Source of the DNA: Thermodesulfobacteriota bacterium
GTDB taxonomy: Bacteria; Desulfobacterota_D; UBA1144; Nemesobacterales; Mycalebacteriaceae
Direction of reading: 5' to 3'
DNA: 64,000 bases
Assembly (NCBI GenBank): GCA_965198945.1
Contig: CBDAQI010000001.1
Span: forward strand, 288,001-352,000
Shown: one piece after another, positions 46,555-57,552 of the stretch
How the letters are laid out: each line of letters begins with the position of its first letter
How positions within the stretch are numbered: position 1 is the first letter of the stretch
Translations under genes and position numbers: made by a program
Notes under the pieces: model-generated
What the model saw: the letters and a program-made list of their open reading frames with translations, nothing else
Databases searched by the model: none
Told to the model about the DNA's origin: nothing

Positions 46555-49458
46555 ATGAGCAAAAACTCACTGCCGGGAGGTTTTGAGCTCAGGCACATCG
46601 GGTCTGTTGGTGATGATTGCCGTGAGATGCTCAAATTTGTGGGCGCAGACTCGCTTGAGCAACTCATCAGGCAGGCCGTTCCGTCCGATATTTTATGTGA
46701 AGAACCCCTCTCTCTGCCATTCGCCGTTGATGAGAGCTCGTTTCTGGACAAAATGAGGGAAACGGCCTCCCTCAACAAGCGGTTCAAATCTTTCATAGGC
46801 TTAGGATATAACGACTGCAAAACCCCCCAAGTAATCAAAAGAAACATTCTTGAAAATCCCGGCTGGTATACGCAATACACTCCTTATCAGGCGGAAATAG
46901 CACAGGGAAGGCTTGAGGCGCTTCTCAATTTTCAGACCGTTGTGTGTGATATGACGGGCATGGAGATTGCAAATGCGTCTCTTCTTGATGAATCAACGGC
47001 CGCATGCGAAGCCATGGCGATGATTCACAGAGTAGTTTCCGGAAAGCGGCGCGGGAAAAATCCGGAGAGGTTTTTTGTTGATGCGGGCTGTTTTCCGCAG
47101 ACAATTGAGGTTCTGAGGTCAAGAACCGAGCCGCTTGATGTGGAAATGGTTATAGGTGATTTTCAGGATTTTGACCCGGCGGACGGTTTTTTCGGCGCTC
47201 TTGTGCAGTTTCCGAACCGTCGCGGCCGGGCGGACGACTATACGGATTTTATTGAGCGTGCCCACCGTGAGGGCGTTCTTGTGGCCGTTTCCGCGGACAT
47301 TTTGTCACTTGCAATTTTCACCCCGCCCGGAGAGATGGGAGCGGACGTGGTTGTGGGCTCAACTCAGCGGCTCGGTGTTCCAATGGGATGCGGCGGTCCT
47401 CATGCGGCTTATCTGGCGACAAGGAGTGATTTCCGGCGTCAGATTCCGGGCAGAATCATCGGAGTCTCGGTTGACAGAGACGGCGCGCGCGCATACAGAA
47501 TGTCTTTGCAGACCCGTGAGCAGCATATAAGGAGAGAAAAAGCGACTTCCAATATCTGCACCGCTCAGTCTCTTCCGGCAATAATGGCGGCTATGTATTG
47601 TGTGTATCACGGCCCTCGCGGGCTGGAAAAAATTGCGAAAAAAATACACTCTCTCTCGGCCGCCCTGTCCCGTGAACTTACGAAAAACGAGTTCGTCCAA
47701 ACAAATTCACGCTTTTTTGATACGCTTTGTTTTGACCTCTCTTCAATGCCCGCGGAAACTGCGGAAAAAATCAGGAAGTTGTCGCTTCAAAACGGAATTA
47801 ATTTTCTTCATGAAAAAAACAGTGTTGGAGTTTCTCTTGATGAAACCACCGAAATTGCGGATTTAAATCTTATCGCACACATATTTATGGAAGCGGCCGC
47901 AAAAAGTCCGGCGGAAATAAATCCGGGCTCTGAGCCGGAAAAAGATGATGTTCGCGGAACGCTTAAGAGAAAAACCCCGTTTCTCACTCATCCGGTTTTC
48001 AACATCCACCATTCCGAAACGGAAATGGTCAGATACATCAAACGCCTTGAAAACAAAGATCTTTCGCTCACTCATTCAATGATGCCTCTGGGCTCATGCA
48101 CCATGAAACTTAATTCCGCCTCGGAGCTTGCCCCGGTCAGCTGGGCCGGTTTTGCGGAAATCCACCCTTTTGCCCCGTCGGACCAGCTGGAGGGTTACAA
48201 ACGGATTACTGAAGAGCTTGGCGAAAATCTCTGCACAATAACGGGATTTTCCGCCGCATCTCTCCAGCCTAATTCAGGGGCGCAGGGTGAGTTTGCCGGT
48301 CTTATGGTAATCAGGTCATATCATCGCAGCCGCGGTCAAAGAAACAGGAATGTAACGCTTGTTCCTTCTTCGGCACACGGGACAAATCCGGCGAGCGCGG
48401 CGGCGGCCGGAATGAAGGTTGTTACGGTGGCCTGCACGGCGGACGGTTCAATAGACCTGGCGGACCTGGAGAAAAAGTGCGTCGAGAACACTGAAACCCT
48501 TGCGGCGATAATGATTACCTATCCTTCCACTCACGGCGTTTTTGAGCCCGGTATAAAAAAAGCATGTTCAATTGTCCATGCTCACGGCGGGCAGGTTTAT
48601 ATGGATGGCGCCAATCTCAACGCGCAGGTTGGGGTTATGAAGCCCGCACTGATGGGTGCGGATTTGTGCCATGTGAACCTTCATAAAACTTTCAGCATAC
48701 CGCACGGGGGCGGCGGCCCCGGTATGGGGCCCATCTGTGTGGCCGCACACCTTGCTCCGTTTCTTCCCGGTCATCCTTTTGAAGCGGACAGCTCCGGAAA
48801 CGGCGCTCTCAGGTGCCCACCCGTCGCCTCAGCCCCCTGGGGGAGCGCAAGCATAACCGTTGTTTCATATGCGTATATAAAACTTCTCGGCTCCGAAGGA
48901 ATCCGCAACGCCACCATGCACGCGATTTTGAACGCCAACTATATGAAAGAGCGGCTCGGGCGCAGCTACAAGGTTCTCTATGAGGGAAATATGGGCAGGG
49001 TGGCTCACGAATTTATTCTGGACTTGAGAGAATTCAAAAAAAGCGCCGATGTGGATGTTGAAGATTTTGCCAAAAGACTTATGGATTACGGCTTTCACGC
49101 TCCGACCGTTTCCTGGCCTGTGGCGGGCACGATAATGATAGAGCCCACCGAAAGTGAGTCCAAGGCGGAACTTGACCGTTTCTGTGAGGCCCTTGAGAGC
49201 ATCCGTTCGGAAATTGCAGAGATAGAGGCCGGGCATTCCGACCGGCTGAACAATGTTCTCAAGAACAGTCCGCACACGGCGAAAAAAGTTGTCTCGGAAA
49301 CATGGGATTCTCCGTATTCAAGACAGAGCGCATGTTTTCCGGCGGATTTTGTGATTGACAATAAATTCTGGCCTCCGGTTTCACGCATAGACGGCGCTTA
49401 CGGAGACAGAAATCTTTTCTGCACCTGCCCCCCGCCCGAAGCATATAAAGATGATTGA
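46555..49458 (+). CDS. gcvP: glycine dehydrogenase (decarboxylating), single chain
   Basis: YTPYQAEIAQGRLE, ATSNICTAQ, PLGSCTMK, NLHKTF. Confidence 0.96.
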   Translation: MSKNSLPGGFELRHIGSVGDDCREMLKFVGADSLEQLIRQAVPSDILCEEPLSLPFAVDESSFLDKMRETASLNKRFKSFIGLGYNDCKTPQVIKRNILENPGWYTQYTPYQAEIAQGRLEALLNFQTVVCDMTGMEIANASLLDESTAACEAMAMIHRVVSGKRRGKNPERFFVDAGCFPQTIEVLRSRTEPLDVEMVIGDFQDFDPADGFFGALVQFPNRRGRADDYTDFIERAHREGVLVAVSADILSLAIFTPPGEMGADVVVGSTQRLGVPMGCGGPHAAYLATRSDFRRQIPGRIIGVSVDRDGARAYRMSLQTREQHIRREKATSNICTAQSLPAIMAAMYCVYHGPRGLEKIAKKIHSLSAALSRELTKNEFVQTNSRFFDTLCFDLSSMPAETAEKIRKLSLQNGINFLHEKNSVGVSLDETTEIADLNLIAHIFMEAAAKSPAEINPGSEPEKDDVRGTLKRKTPFLTHPVFNIHHSETEMVRYIKRLENKDLSLTHSMMPLGSCTMKLNSASELAPVSWAGFAEIHPFAPSDQLEGYKRITEELGENLCTITGFSAASLQPNSGAQGEFAGLMVIRSYHRSRGQRNRNVTLVPSSAHGTNPASAAAAGMKVVTVACTADGSIDLADLEKKCVENTETLAAIMITYPSTHGVFEPGIKKACSIVHAHGGQVYMDGANLNAQVGVMKPALMGADLCHVNLHKTFSIPHGGGGPGMGPICVAAHLAPFLPGHPFEADSSGNGALRCPPVASAPWGSASITVVSYAYIKLLGSEGIRNATMHAILNANYMKERLGRSYKVLYEGNMGRVAHEFILDLREFKKSADVDVEDFAKRLMDYGFHAPTVSWPVAGTIMIEPTESESKAELDRFCEALESIRSEIAEIEAGHSDRLNNVLKNSPHTAKKVVSETWDSPYSRQSACFPADFVIDNKFWPPVSRIDGAYGDRNLFCTCPPPEAYKDD

Positions 49459-49483
49459 ATCGGTCCTGAGTTACGAGGTGTTT

Positions 49484-50419
49484 CTAAATTCTTACGTCTA
49501 TGTAGGATTTCTCAAAACCTTTTTCTATGAGGGATGAGATTATGCGCTCATTTTCAGCGGCGGCCATTTCATCAATAAGAGCCTCTTTGATTTCCGGAGG
49601 GATCAGCATTCCCTTTTCCTTGATTGAAAGCACTTTGACAATATGAATCCCGGCTTTTGACCTGACGGGTCCGTTGATTTCTCCGGGTTCAGTTCCGTCC
49701 ACGGCTTCAAACAGGGGTTTGATAAGCTCATCATATTTGAAATACCCTAAGTCGCCGCCCCTGCCGGCCGTTCTTTGATCAATTGAGTGCAGTTTTGCGA
49801 GGTCTTCAAAGTCGTTTCCTTCCTCCCTTGCAATATCAGCTATTTCTTTTGCCCGATCAAAAGAGTCTCCGGAATTGCCCGGCAGGAGAATATGGGCAAT
49901 TCTAATTTCGGCGGAGTGGGGATCGGCGTCCGGATTGTTTTTCAAGTAGAACTCTTCCACTTTTTTGTCGTCTATGTAGAGATTGTTGCGGGCAATTTCG
50001 GATTGGACAAGCTTTGTGGTTAATATCTGCAGCTTTATCTCTCTGAAAAGCTCTTTTAGTGTTGTATCTTTTTCGGCGAGCATTTTTACGAGCCCTTCGT
50101 CGTCCAGATTCAAAGACTCTTTGAAATTTTTCACGGCCGCGTCCAGTTCCTGAGCCGAGACATTGATGTTGTTTTCTGCCGCAGTCTGTTCAATGATGGA
50201 TTCAACTATGATGCTGTTTATAATGTCTTCTTTGGACGCTTCCGGTGTGCGGCTTCTTATTTCTCTTTCTTTTTTTCTGTATTCAGACAGGGTTACAATT
50301 GAGTTATTCACGACGATTGCAATTCCGTCCACCTTTGTTTTTGCGGCGGCGATTCCCTGCTGTGCCGCAAGTAGCCCGACCGCCGCTAATACTGAAAGAA
50401 TCAATTTTGAAAAACTCAT
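49484..50419 (-). CDS. SurA-like peptidyl-prolyl isomerase
   Basis: Signal peptide, VDGIAIVVN, HILL, GGDLGYF, GIHIVKV. Downstream of mfd. Confidence 0.82.
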   Translation of the reverse strand: MSFSKLILSVLAAVGLLAAQQGIAAAKTKVDGIAIVVNNSIVTLSEYRKKEREIRSRTPEASKEDIINSIIVESIIEQTAAENNINVSAQELDAAVKNFKESLNLDDEGLVKMLAEKDTTLKELFREIKLQILTTKLVQSEIARNNLYIDDKKVEEFYLKNNPDADPHSAEIRIAHILLPGNSGDSFDRAKEIADIAREEGNDFEDLAKLHSIDQRTAGRGGDLGYFKYDELIKPLFEAVDGTEPGEINGPVRSKAGIHIVKVLSIKEKGMLIPPEIKEALIDEMAAAENERIISSLIEKGFEKSYIDVRI

Positions 50420-50428
50420 AATGTCTTA

Positions 50429-53400
50429 TTATACACCCTGAACGGTTTTAATTGAAGAAAGCAGCCGCGCCGCACTTTTAGCCGCTTCAGGTGGAAATTT
50501 ATTTACGGAGCTGACTTTCCAGCTCTCTCCGCATTTTGAAAACAGCGCTCTTGTGTCAGACCGGTCTTTCATCGCATACAACGCCGCGCTGTCTTCTCCT
50601 ATTTCCATAAAACCGACCGAGTGTTTTTTAAGGACGGTTTTAAGCGCCGCAAGCGCAAGAAGGTTGTTCAAGCCCCCCGGCACGGGGCCGAACCTGTCTC
50701 TGATTTCCTCTTTCAAACGGTTCACTTCACTGATTGTGGAAGAAGATGAAATTCTTTTGTAAAACACAAGCCTTTCCCTGCCACTTTCCACATAGTTTTC
50801 CGGTATGCGGGACTCAATTTTTGTTTTGATCTCAGGTTCAACTTCCGCTCGCGTTTTCCCGGTTTTAATTTTCTCCACGGCTTCACGCAGCATTTCAAGA
50901 TAAAATTCAATTCCCACCCCGGCTACATGTCCCGACTGTTCTACGCCGAACAGATTGCCCACGCCTCTCATTCTCAGATCTGAAAAAGCCAGCTCGTATC
51001 CCGAACCGAAATCCCAGAGTTCGGCAAATCGCCCGAGCCGTTTCCACGCCTCTTCTCCCACGGATTTTCTGTCCGGCACAAGCAGGCACGCAAATGCCTG
51101 TTCTTTTCCCCTCCCCACGCGCCCTTTGAGCTGATAAAGGTCCGCTATGCCGAATGTATGCGCATCATTTATAATTATTGTGTTCGCCCTTGTAATATCA
51201 AGCCCCGACTCCACTATCGCGGTGCTTACAAGCATGTCAACTTCTCCGCTCGCGAATTTTTCAACTTTATTCTCAATTTCTTTTTTGCCCATTCTTCCGT
51301 GCGCGGTTTCCATTGAAATACCGGGCGCTATTTTTTTCAGCTTATGCATTATATTTCCTATGCTTTCAATTCTGTTATGGATAAAAAACACTCCGCCGCC
51401 GCGTCCGGTTTCTCTCATAATCAAATTGCGTATAAGATTCCCGTCCCAGTTTCTTATCTCCATTTTTACCGGAAGACGCCCGACCGGAGGCGAATTGATT
51501 ACACTAATGTCCCTTATTCCCGCAAGGGACAGCTGAAGCGTTCTCGGAATAGGCGTGGCGGACAGGGAAAGCACTTCGGGATTGCGTTTGAGACTTTTCA
51601 GTTTTTCCTTGTGTCTTACCCCGAATTTGTGTTCCTCATCTATTATCAAAAGACCCAGATTCCTGAATTTGATTTTGTTTCCGAGAAGTTTGTGGGTTCC
51701 GATTACAATGTCCGCGGTTCCGCTTTCAATTTCACGGAGTATTGTTTTTTCCTCACCGGGGGAAGTGAACCTTGAGAAAGCTACCGTGTTGACCGGAAAT
51801 TTTTCAAGTCTTTTCCGTGCGGTTTGCAGATGCTGGCTTGCGAGCAGGGTGGTCGGAGCTATGAAGGCGACCTGAAAACCATCCATCACGGCCTTCAGTG
51901 CGGCCCTTAAGGCGACTTCGGTTTTTCCAAATCCCGTGTCTCCGCATATCAGCCTGTCCATGGGGCGCGGCGATTCCATGTCTTCCATAACATCTTCTAT
52001 GGCTTTTTTCTGATCGGGAGTTTCCTCGTATAAAAAGTCCATCTCAAATTCCTTGAATTCCAAGTCCGGTTTGGAAAAACTGTGGCCGCCTCCGCCCGAC
52101 TTTCTCCTTGCGTAAAGCTCAAGCAGTTCTTTTGCGACCGTTTCCGTAGCTCTTCTTGCGTTTTTAACGGTTTTTTTCCATGCCGAGCCGCCAAGTTTGT
52201 CAATTTTCGGGCTGCCGTCCTCATTGCCGGCATATCTGTGGAGGAGCCGGAATTTTGACACGGGCACATAAACACTGTCTCCGCCGTGATATTCGCACTC
52301 AATAAAATCTCCGGTCTCGTTTCTTATCGTCAGATTTCTGAGTCCTCTGAATATTCCGATTCCGAATTCACGGTGAACTATCATGTCTCCGTTTTTCATG
52401 TCCCCGAAATCAGACTCAAAAGAAGACGCGGAAGACTTTGTGCGCGGAGCGGTTTTCATTGACGGAATTTTTTCCGCAAAATCCCTCTCGTTCAGAAAAG
52501 CGGTTCCGATTTCCGGGAAGACAAATCCTCCTCCCGCAAATCCGGAATAAAACTGTGCTCCGTCCACACCTTCGTGGATAAAGAAATTCCTTAGTTTTTC
52601 AAGCTCATTTTCATTTGCGGCAAACAGTTTCAGCTTATAGCCGCCGTTTTGCAGAATTTTTGCCGCTCCCAGCATTTTCCCGGCAGAAGAAACCGTTCCA
52701 CCCGAGTGAACCGGAGGTGTTGAGGTCTGAAAATCAATTTCTCCGGAACTGAAAGTTTTAATAAAAACCGTTTTCCGTTTCTCAATTTCCCTCTCCATTT
52801 CACCGGCGCTCAAACGTTCCGGCGCGCCCTCCTTCTTTTCTTTTTTTTCGCCCTGATTTTCAAGAGAGTCCAATATATTTCCGCCGCCGGAGTTTTCAAT
52901 GAACATGACGGTATTTTCTCCGCAATAGTCAAAAATTGATGACTCTGCAATACACTCGTCGTCCGTGCGGAAGGGGAAAATCCGGGCTTCTTCGGTCCGT
53001 CCGGAAGACATCTGGGTTTGCGTGTCAAACTCTCTGAGTGATCTTACTCTGCTGCCCGAAAATTCAATGCGCAGACCGGATTTTCCACCTGCGGGAGTAA
53101 CATCAACAATTGCGCCCCGAACGCTTATTTCTCCTTCAACGCGCGCGAACTCTTTTTTCTTGTAGCCGGTTTCGGTAAGATGTCGTATCAGTTCGTCCCT
53201 GTCCGTTTTGCCGCTCGTTTTTACCCTCACTGAGGCGGACTCAAGAAAAAATGGTGAGACTGTTTTTTCCGCAACTGTTTCAAAATCTGCGCATACAAAC
53301 CGCGCATTTTTTGCGCGCACGAGAGATGAAATATCCGCTCCGTCCGCGACGGCCGGTTTTTCTCCCGTAAATACGGAGATTGCCCGGCTTGCGTGTTCAC

Positions 53401-53608
53401 AGTTTTCTTTTGAGTCTGATATGTAGAGAAGTCGCGCTTGCAGATGTTTGCGCACGAGGCATGACAGAAGAAACGCCGAGCCGCCGATGAGTCCTGACAC
53501 TTCCGCCCTGCCGTTTTTCAGCAAAAGCTCCGCCAGTTTCTCTATTTTATTTCCGGGCTCTGAAGAAAAGTGCGCAAATTCGTCCGAAACGGCGTCGGAC
53601 GGGGTCAT
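50429..53608 (-). CDS. mfd: transcription-repair coupling factor
   Basis: CarD-like domain, CGDTGFGKTEVA, IDEEHKFG, SATPIPRTL, QLKGRVGR. ATGA overlap with the leuB stop gives start 53608. Confidence 0.93.
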   Translation of the reverse strand: MTPSDAVSDEFAHFSSEPGNKIEKLAELLLKNGRAEVSGLIGGSAFLLSCLVRKHLQARLLYISDSKENCEHASRAISVFTGEKPAVADGADISSLVRAKNARFVCADFETVAEKTVSPFFLESASVRVKTSGKTDRDELIRHLTETGYKKKEFARVEGEISVRGAIVDVTPAGGKSGLRIEFSGSRVRSLREFDTQTQMSSGRTEEARIFPFRTDDECIAESSIFDYCGENTVMFIENSGGGNILDSLENQGEKKEKKEGAPERLSAGEMEREIEKRKTVFIKTFSSGEIDFQTSTPPVHSGGTVSSAGKMLGAAKILQNGGYKLKLFAANENELEKLRNFFIHEGVDGAQFYSGFAGGGFVFPEIGTAFLNERDFAEKIPSMKTAPRTKSSASSFESDFGDMKNGDMIVHREFGIGIFRGLRNLTIRNETGDFIECEYHGGDSVYVPVSKFRLLHRYAGNEDGSPKIDKLGGSAWKKTVKNARRATETVAKELLELYARRKSGGGGHSFSKPDLEFKEFEMDFLYEETPDQKKAIEDVMEDMESPRPMDRLICGDTGFGKTEVALRAALKAVMDGFQVAFIAPTTLLASQHLQTARKRLEKFPVNTVAFSRFTSPGEEKTILREIESGTADIVIGTHKLLGNKIKFRNLGLLIIDEEHKFGVRHKEKLKSLKRNPEVLSLSATPIPRTLQLSLAGIRDISVINSPPVGRLPVKMEIRNWDGNLIRNLIMRETGRGGGVFFIHNRIESIGNIMHKLKKIAPGISMETAHGRMGKKEIENKVEKFASGEVDMLVSTAIVESGLDITRANTIIINDAHTFGIADLYQLKGRVGRGKEQAFACLLVPDRKSVGEEAWKRLGRFAELWDFGSGYELAFSDLRMRGVGNLFGVEQSGHVAGVGIEFYLEMLREAVEKIKTGKTRAEVEPEIKTKIESRIPENYVESGRERLVFYKRISSSSTISEVNRLKEEIRDRFGPVPGGLNNLLALAALKTVLKKHSVGFMEIGEDSAALYAMKDRSDTRALFSKCGESWKVSSVNKFPPEAAKSAARLLSSIKTVQGV

Positions 53609-54684
53609 TGAGAGCTCAGTTTTTCCGCTATTATTTCTCCCATTTCTTTGCATCCGACCTTCTTTTTACCCTCTTCATTTATGTCCGCCGTTCTAAAACC
53701 TTCATCAAGGGCGCTTTCAGTGGCGCGATCTATTTTCTCCGCCGCATCATTAATTTTGAAAGAGTATTTAAGCATCATGGCGACAGAAAGTATCGCCGCA
53801 ACGGGATTTGCAGCGTCAGTTCCCGCAATGTCGGGAGCGCTTCCGTGGACCGGCTCATATATTGCGCCACGGTCTCCGATGCTCGCGGACGGCAGCATTC
53901 CCAGGGAGCCGGTCAACTGCGCGGCTTCATCGCTTATTATGTCTCCGAACAAGTTGCCCGCTAGTATCACATCAAAGGTTTTCGGCCTTCTTATAAGCTG
54001 CATCGCCGCGTTGTCCACATACAGGTGGTCAAGTTTTACATCTGCAAACTCCTCCCGCCCGATTTTTGATACAGTCTCTTTCCACAAAACCATTGATTCA
54101 AGCACATTTGATTTGTCCACCGAGGTCAGAGCCCCTTTTCTTGCCTGCGCGGCGGAAAATGCCCTTCTTGCCACACGCTCTATTTCCGAGGTTGTGTAGG
54201 AGAGGGTGTTAATGCCTTTCTGTTCGCCGCCCGGAGAGTCTTCAATTCCTCTCGGCTCACCGAAATAGATGCCGCCCGTGAGTTCCCGCACGACGAGAAT
54301 GTCCGTTCCCGCGACCACATCGCTTTTAAGCGTTGAGGCGTCCGCAAGAGCGGGATAGACCTTTGCCGGGCGCAGGTTTGCGTAGGTGTCAAGTTCTTTT
54401 CTAAGAGCGAGAAGACCGGTTTCAGGTTTAATTGAGTGGTCAAGGTTTTCCCATTTTTCTCCGCCGACCGCTCCGAGAAGCACGGCATCCGCTTCTTTTG
54501 CCTTGCGGAGGACTTCATCCGTTACGGGAACGCCGTGTTTGTCAATGGAACAGCCCCCGAACAGTTCGGTTTCTTTTTCAAATGAAACGCCTGAGATTTT
54601 CTCCGCTTCGGAGAGAACATGAAGCGCCGCTTGCGTTACTTCGGGGCCTATTCCGTCTCCGGGGATGATTAGTATTTTCGGCAT
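53605..54684 (-). CDS. leuB: 3-isopropylmalate dehydrogenase
   Basis: PGDGIGPEV, RELTGGIYFG, NLFGDIISD, EPVHGSAPDIAG. Confidence 0.96.
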   Translation of the reverse strand: MPKILIIPGDGIGPEVTQAALHVLSEAEKISGVSFEKETELFGGCSIDKHGVPVTDEVLRKAKEADAVLLGAVGGEKWENLDHSIKPETGLLALRKELDTYANLRPAKVYPALADASTLKSDVVAGTDILVVRELTGGIYFGEPRGIEDSPGGEQKGINTLSYTTSEIERVARRAFSAAQARKGALTSVDKSNVLESMVLWKETVSKIGREEFADVKLDHLYVDNAAMQLIRRPKTFDVILAGNLFGDIISDEAAQLTGSLGMLPSASIGDRGAIYEPVHGSAPDIAGTDAANPVAAILSVAMMLKYSFKINDAAEKIDRATESALDEGFRTADINEEGKKKVGCKEMGEIIAEKLSSQ

Positions 54685-55218
54685 TTGAGGGGTGAGTATA
54701 TCATTTTCATCCCGCTGTTGTGTTGAGCGTAAGCCGCGAAACTGTTAACAGCGGTGTTTAAAATCAATTCTCAAGTTAGCTCTTTTGTTAGAACATCTGA
54801 AAACCAACTACTTCTGCGGAAAGTTGAAACCCGCCGCTTGAACGATAGAACAAATTGGAAAATAGTTTGTGTTTTTCACTGGATAAGAGACGCGGGGGAT
54901 TGAGCCGGATTCAATTTGTATTGTGGTTGAAGACAGGAAGCGTGTTGAAAAAACAAAAATCAGAGCATTGCAATCGGCATGGGAAATCACCTTGGAAAAT
55001 CGTGTTTATAAGTCCGTCAATCCAATAGACTAACCCACTTTTTAACTTAAACACCGTAGGTTTTTTCCACTCCGGAAAGGACATGGAGCGTCGCTTCGGT
55101 TTCTTTGATATCTATTCCGTCTTCGAATATAATTAACAATTTTAGTTTTTAGAAGTCTATTATATAATCATTGTTCTGGTTGGATTGACATATCTAACTC
55201 TATTTGGAAGGGCAAGCA

Positions 55219-57309
55219 ATGAATATGGTCATCAGTTTTTTTCAATTATCAATCTCCTTGGTAAGTGTTGCGGGGCGCAGGGCTGCTCTGCTGTGCTGTT
55301 TCCTGGCTTTGGGCCTGCCTATTTTCGGCTTGCCGACCGGCATCTCTGACGCACAGGCGCAAGGTATGCAAATGCCGGTTGCCATCATGGAGAGTGGTTG
55401 CCACCTTTTCCTCTTCGGTGATAACGGTTACATATGAAGACCGGAATCATAATGACATTCTTGATGCGGGTGAAGTAATAAGTGTCACGCATATCAGGAA
55501 CGGTTCTCCCAGCAGTTTCAATATACTTCGTGACTTACCTGATGTTCCCGGCTATGTAGCGGGCACTCTTGGGTTTTGGGTTTTATATAATGAAACGGGA
55601 ATCCCTTTTCAAATAGAAAGAGTTGATAAATTTACTTATTCCAGTTCCGACGTAGGTTCTATTTCCGACACTATCCCTCCCACGGTTGGTATTTCCGGTC
55701 AGCCTTCTTTTACGGATGGTTCGACGGCGTTTGAAGTAACAGTCACTTTTTCCGAGGATGTGACGGGCTTTACGTCTGGGGGCATAAGAGTTACAAACGG
55801 CGATGCGGGAGACCCAGTGCAGGGCGGGAGCGCTGCGGTGTATACCGTTTCCATCACACCCGACAGCGGCGGTGATGTGGTTGTCCAAGTCATTGCGGGA
55901 GCTGCGGAGGACGGAGCCCGTAACGAGAATACGGAGTCTTTGGCGGTGACGGTGCCGCTGGATGCTGATGTTCCCACGGTTGGGATTATGGGAGCTCTTG
56001 GTGGACCTCTGCCTTCTTCCACGGATGCTTCGACGGCGTTTGAAGTGACGGTCACTTTTTCCGAGGATGTGACGGGCTTTACAGTTGAAGACATCCGTGT
56101 TGCAAACGGCACTGCGGGTTCATTTTTCGGTAGTGATGGCGATACGGAGTATAGGGCCACTATTACCCCTGACGGCGGCGGTGATATAACGATTAACATA
56201 GATGCCGGTGCGGCGCAGGACTTTGCGGGAAACGGGAATGAGGCTGCGGAGGAAGTGATTGTGGTATATCAAATGTCACAGAAAATGCGCGATGAAACCG
56301 TAAGTCAGGTTAAGTCTTTTATGGAAACCGGCGCCCGCCTGCTCCACGGCCATCGTTCTGACCGGTCAAGGCGTCTGGCCCGCTTGAAATATAACGGCAC
56401 GGGCGGCGGTGAGGTCAGTTACAAAGGACACACCCTGCCTGTTATGCCGGTTTCACTGTCCGGTTCACCAGTTTCACTTCTCAGTTCAATGAATGTTGCT
56501 CTGGGTGAGGACAAGACCAAATTAGTTTATTCCTGCACAAAAAACCGGAATGCGGTTTGTATGAAAACTGATATCTGGCTGGAAGGTACTCTGGGAACTT
56601 ATAAGAACGACAATGCGAAGGGTAAATACGGCATTTTGCATGCCGGGGTTGACCGGCGTTTGTATGACCGCTTGCTTGTCGGTGTGACGGCTCAGTTTGA
56701 CCATGTGGTTCAGAATGCGGGCACGGCAAGCAACCGTATCACTATGCCGGGAGCGTCCGCCTCGGATAAGTTTTCATCATGGCGCTGGTCGGCATATGGG
56801 GCTTTGTTCGGGAGTTTTATCCATTCCAATTTCACCTTTAATCTTAATCTGGGGCTGGGGTGGTTCGATCAAGACTCGGAATCCTAACGGGACAGCAACG
56901 GCTTTGACATTCCCTCTGTGCGCACCTATCTGGGTGAGGCTGAAGCGGGTATGCGTATCTCCTATCAGCGTCCCCAGAGTCAGTTCAGCCAGTATCTGGA
57001 ATTTGACGGTCTGTTCCCATTCGGAGGCAAACAGGACAAACAGGCACTCATTCGCATGAAATTGGGCGCGACCGTGGGCTGTCCGTTTGGCGGTATTATT
57101 AGCATTGTCGGATCACTCGATGGTGTGGGCAACCACAAATGGAGGAGCAGCTCAGTAAGTCTGGGTTATCGTGTGCAGGTGAAGCGTTTGTTTGGCGGGA
57201 CAGTCGGCGCCAAGACGTCTGTTGATGGCGGCGGGCTGAATCTCAGCAATGACTCCATGTCCGCAATGACCCCATGTCCGCTTTATTGTTCTACGAATTG
57301 AGTTTTTGA
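55219..57309 (+). pseudogene. disrupted autotransporter with two bacterial Ig-like repeats
   Basis: Signal peptide is in a different frame from the body. Two FEVTVTFSEDVTGFT repeats. In-frame TAA at 56885-56887. Terminal YELSF is out of frame after a 17-nt duplication. Confidence 0.8.
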
Positions 57310-57552
57310 GGTGCCAGACGCGGCACGGGGTTGCCTTGTCTTGAGCCTTTCTTCAAAGACGGTTTATAGTCGCCGGAGTGGCTGACAAAATAAGGATGCC
57401 CCGCAGGTAGGGCCTGGGTATTGTCCCTTCCCTTGAGTCTGATAGATATTTCTTGTCGGCAGAGCCCTGAAAAGTTTTTTATCTTAAGCGGCGATTCAGA
57501 TTTGTGACCGGCTGTGGAAAGGGTGACTGAATCCACTATAAAAAACTGAACC

